A stretch of DNA of 63,869 nucleotides, filler included, from Octopus bimaculoides (taxonomy: Eukaryota): the NCBI RefSeq assembly GCF_001194135.2. It is 5 parts of 5 records of this genome, joined end to end, with 100 filler letters (N's around TTAATTAATTAA, not from the genome) between each part and the next. Parts side by side here need not be neighbours in the genome. Positions count along the whole stretch, not along the records: positions 61,052 to 63,869 come from NC_068986.1; 4 more parts are not named here. One strand, written 5' to 3'. Below are positions 61,481-63,869 of the stretch, one piece after another. The first letter of the stretch is position 1. Each line of letters begins with the position of its first letter. The notes under the pieces were generated by a model. The model saw only the letters and a list, made by a program, of their open reading frames with translations. It did not search any database and was not told the DNA's origin. A program made the position numbers and the translations under genes.

Positions 61481-62144
61481 TTCATATACACACAAAAGAT
61501 TAAATTGTAAAAATAGAAAAAATCCTAACATCGGGCTACAAAAATCAACCTTAGACGCCAAGAACCCTAGCTGTCCCTAATAACACTGTTTTCTGGAGCT
61601 GTACTAAACTGGGATTTATGCCTATTTCCTCTATCCCTCTGTTCAGATCTTTAGGGGCAGTTCCCAATGCACCTTTAACTACTTGGATACATTTTACCGG
61701 CACATTCCATAATCTCTGTAATTCAATGGCTAGGTCCTGGTATTTTGCTATTTTTTTATACCACTCATGTTGATTTTTTCATTAGTTAGGACTGTAAAGT
61801 TAATTATCTGGTACTTTCTGTTCCCTTTATCTACTACTATTCAGTCTGAATATTAAAATCCCGCAACGTCTTGTATTTCTCACTTTCTAATACTTTACTA
61901 GGTTCATGTTCAAACCATTTATTAGTATGTTCAGATTCTAGCTTTCTACATTACTCCCAGTGAATTACTTTCCTAGGTTGTGGTGTATTTTCTTGTATTC
62001 TTTCTGTACCAGCATGCTACATTCATGCTTTCTGTACCAGCATGCTTTTGTCCAATCTACAAAAGCTGCTGAGTATCTAAGTAATGATACTGCCCAAGTA
62101 TTTACAGCCTTCACTAGATTCGGACCATTTAGCTTTGACTTCAT

Positions 62145-62147
<3 letters not shown>
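61417..62147 (-). mobile_element. R4/Dong-like LINE, 5'-truncated and internally deleted, (TAA)n on both sides
   Basis: Same family as 49050-50636: EMKSKLNGPNLVKAVNTWAVSLLRYSA...ECSMLVQKEYKK.H...KYQDLAIEL...LQKTVLLGTAR, followed by a matching 3' UTR. Confidence 0.93.
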
Positions 62148-62204
<57 letters not shown>

Positions 62205-62205
62205 G

Positions 62206-62421
62206 CTAAGACGGCGAGCTGACAGAATCGTCAGCACGCTGGATGAAATGTTTAACGGCATTTCGCCCGTTGCTACGTTCTGACTTCAAATTCTGCCGAG
62301 GTTGACTTTGCCTTTCATCCTTTCGAGGTCGATAAATTAAGTACCAGTGAAACACTGGTGTAGATATCATAAACTACTCCCCTGCCTGCAAAATTCAGGC
62401 CTTGTGCCTATAATAGAAAGG

Positions 62422-62478
<57 letters not shown>

Positions 62479-62697
62479 GTTATTATTATTATAACAGTCT
62501 TTAAGAGCAGCGAGTTGGTAGAATCGTTAGCACGCCGGGCAAAATGCAAAATGGCACTTCGTCTGTCTTTACGTTCTGAGTTTAAGTGTTGCCAGGGTCG
62601 ACTTTGCCTTTCATATTTTCGGTGTCGATAAAATAAGTATCAGTTGAACTCCCTTCCCCCAAAATTGCTAGATTTGTGCCAAAATTTGAAGCCTATT
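62206..62697 (+). mobile_element. Two SINE family B copies in tandem, separated by (ATT)n
   Basis: Heads AAGACGGCGAGCTGACAGAATCG (about 62207) and GCAGCGAGTTGGTAGAATCGTTAGCACGCCGGG (about 62506); (ATT)n at 62422-62490. Confidence 0.9.
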
Positions 62698-63591
62698 ATC
62701 TACCCTAATTTTCCAAATTTAATTGCACAAAGAATTCTTACAAGTGGTGGTCATTAGCGTGTCACAAGTGGAACCTAATGAAGTAGACATATGATCAAAG
62801 CCATTCCAAGGATTACCGTCCTTTTCTTTCTTTCTTTCCTTTTTTCTTTCGTTTTGTCTTTTGCTTTTTTACGATGCGATGTAGTCTGTCTTGGACAGCA
62901 TTATCCAATATTCCTTGTTTTAGTCTTCTTTTAAAATTTTAGTGTGATATCACGGAGATGAAGCTACTATCCTCATTCCGAGCGACTCTATAGAATCTCC
63001 TTTAGGATTCTCTGCCAGGCTAACTATTTATCTTTTAGCCTCCTTCCCCATCTCTCTTTCTCTTTCAGTCTCTCACTCTCTCTTTCTCTCACTCTCTCAC
63101 TCTCTGTCTTTCTCAATCTACCTACCTATTTGTCTCTCCTTACCCCTCTCTCTCTCTCGTAAACTAAAATGTCACGTTGCCTCCCAAATCCAAACACAAA
63201 ACTGAAGAATGAAAACAAATAAAACAAATAAAATATATAAAAAATAAATGTTCCTTTTATTCAATTATAGTAAAGTCCTGAATCCCAGGAGACTGGGAAG
63301 GACCTGTGTCAGCAACAATTAATCCTTTTATCCAATTATTTTATTGTCATAAAAAGGAAGAAGGAGGAGGAGCAAAAACTGAAAATTTAACGATTCCATT
63401 AAAATTTTACTGTTTCATTTTTCAAGTAAAGACTTTATAAAAACCTAAAATATCGAATAAAGATATTTTCTTGTCATTACTCAACATTGTGGTAGCTTTC
63501 ACCACGTTTCTTTACTCATCACTACACTACATGCAACCACTTTTCCCAAACTGTGCGCTGCGTTACACTGGTATGTGACGAAATATAGCTC

Positions 63592-63830
63592 TTTTACTCT
63601 TTTACTCTTTTACTTGTTTCAGTCATTTGACTGCGGCCATGCAGGAGCACTGCATTTTAGTCGAGCAAATTGACCCCCAGGACTTATTCTTTGGAAGCCT
63701 AGTACTTATTCTATCGGTCTCTTTTGCCGAACCACTAAGTTACGGGGACGCAAACACACCAGGATCGGTTGTCAAGTAATGTTGGGGGACAAACACAGAC
63801 ACACAAACATATACACACATACATATATAC

Positions 63831-63869
<39 letters not shown>
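63592..63869 (-). mobile_element. SINE family A 3' half with (AGTAAAAG)n tail
   Basis: CTTTTACTCTTTTACTCTTTTACTTGTTTCAGTCATTTGACTGCGGCCATGC...GTACTTATTCTATCGGTCTCTTTTGCCGAACC. Confidence 0.92.

Overview
AT-rich, repeat-saturated animal genomic DNA from a gapped short-read scaffold. About 8 kb is N, and four gaps carry artificial 44N-TTAATTAATTAA-44N linkers. The SINE, LINE and microsatellite repertoire looks like a cephalopod genome, most likely Octopus; this is inferred from recognised repeat families, not a database search. I can support no intact protein-coding gene. Nearly all long ORFs in the six-frame track are translations of microsatellites or N-runs. What can be supported: three tRNA-headed SINE families (labelled A, B, C here); several decayed Tc1/mariner fragments; two copies of a mariner fold-back MITE; Penelope-like RT and GIY-YIG fragments plus a minimal hammerhead-ribozyme motif; a CR1/L2-group LINE fragment; a Ty3/Gypsy integrase fragment; and two stacks of R4/Dong-like LINE fragments with restriction-like endonucleases sitting in (TAA)n tracts. 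Weaker signals are a decayed multi-pass, GPCR-like frame near 59.3-60.0 kb, a stop-depleted unexplained block at 39.6-42.5 kb, and a few isolated exon-like segments that do not form a gene model. I found no convincing novel multi-gene system. The most interesting observations concern mobile-element mechanics.
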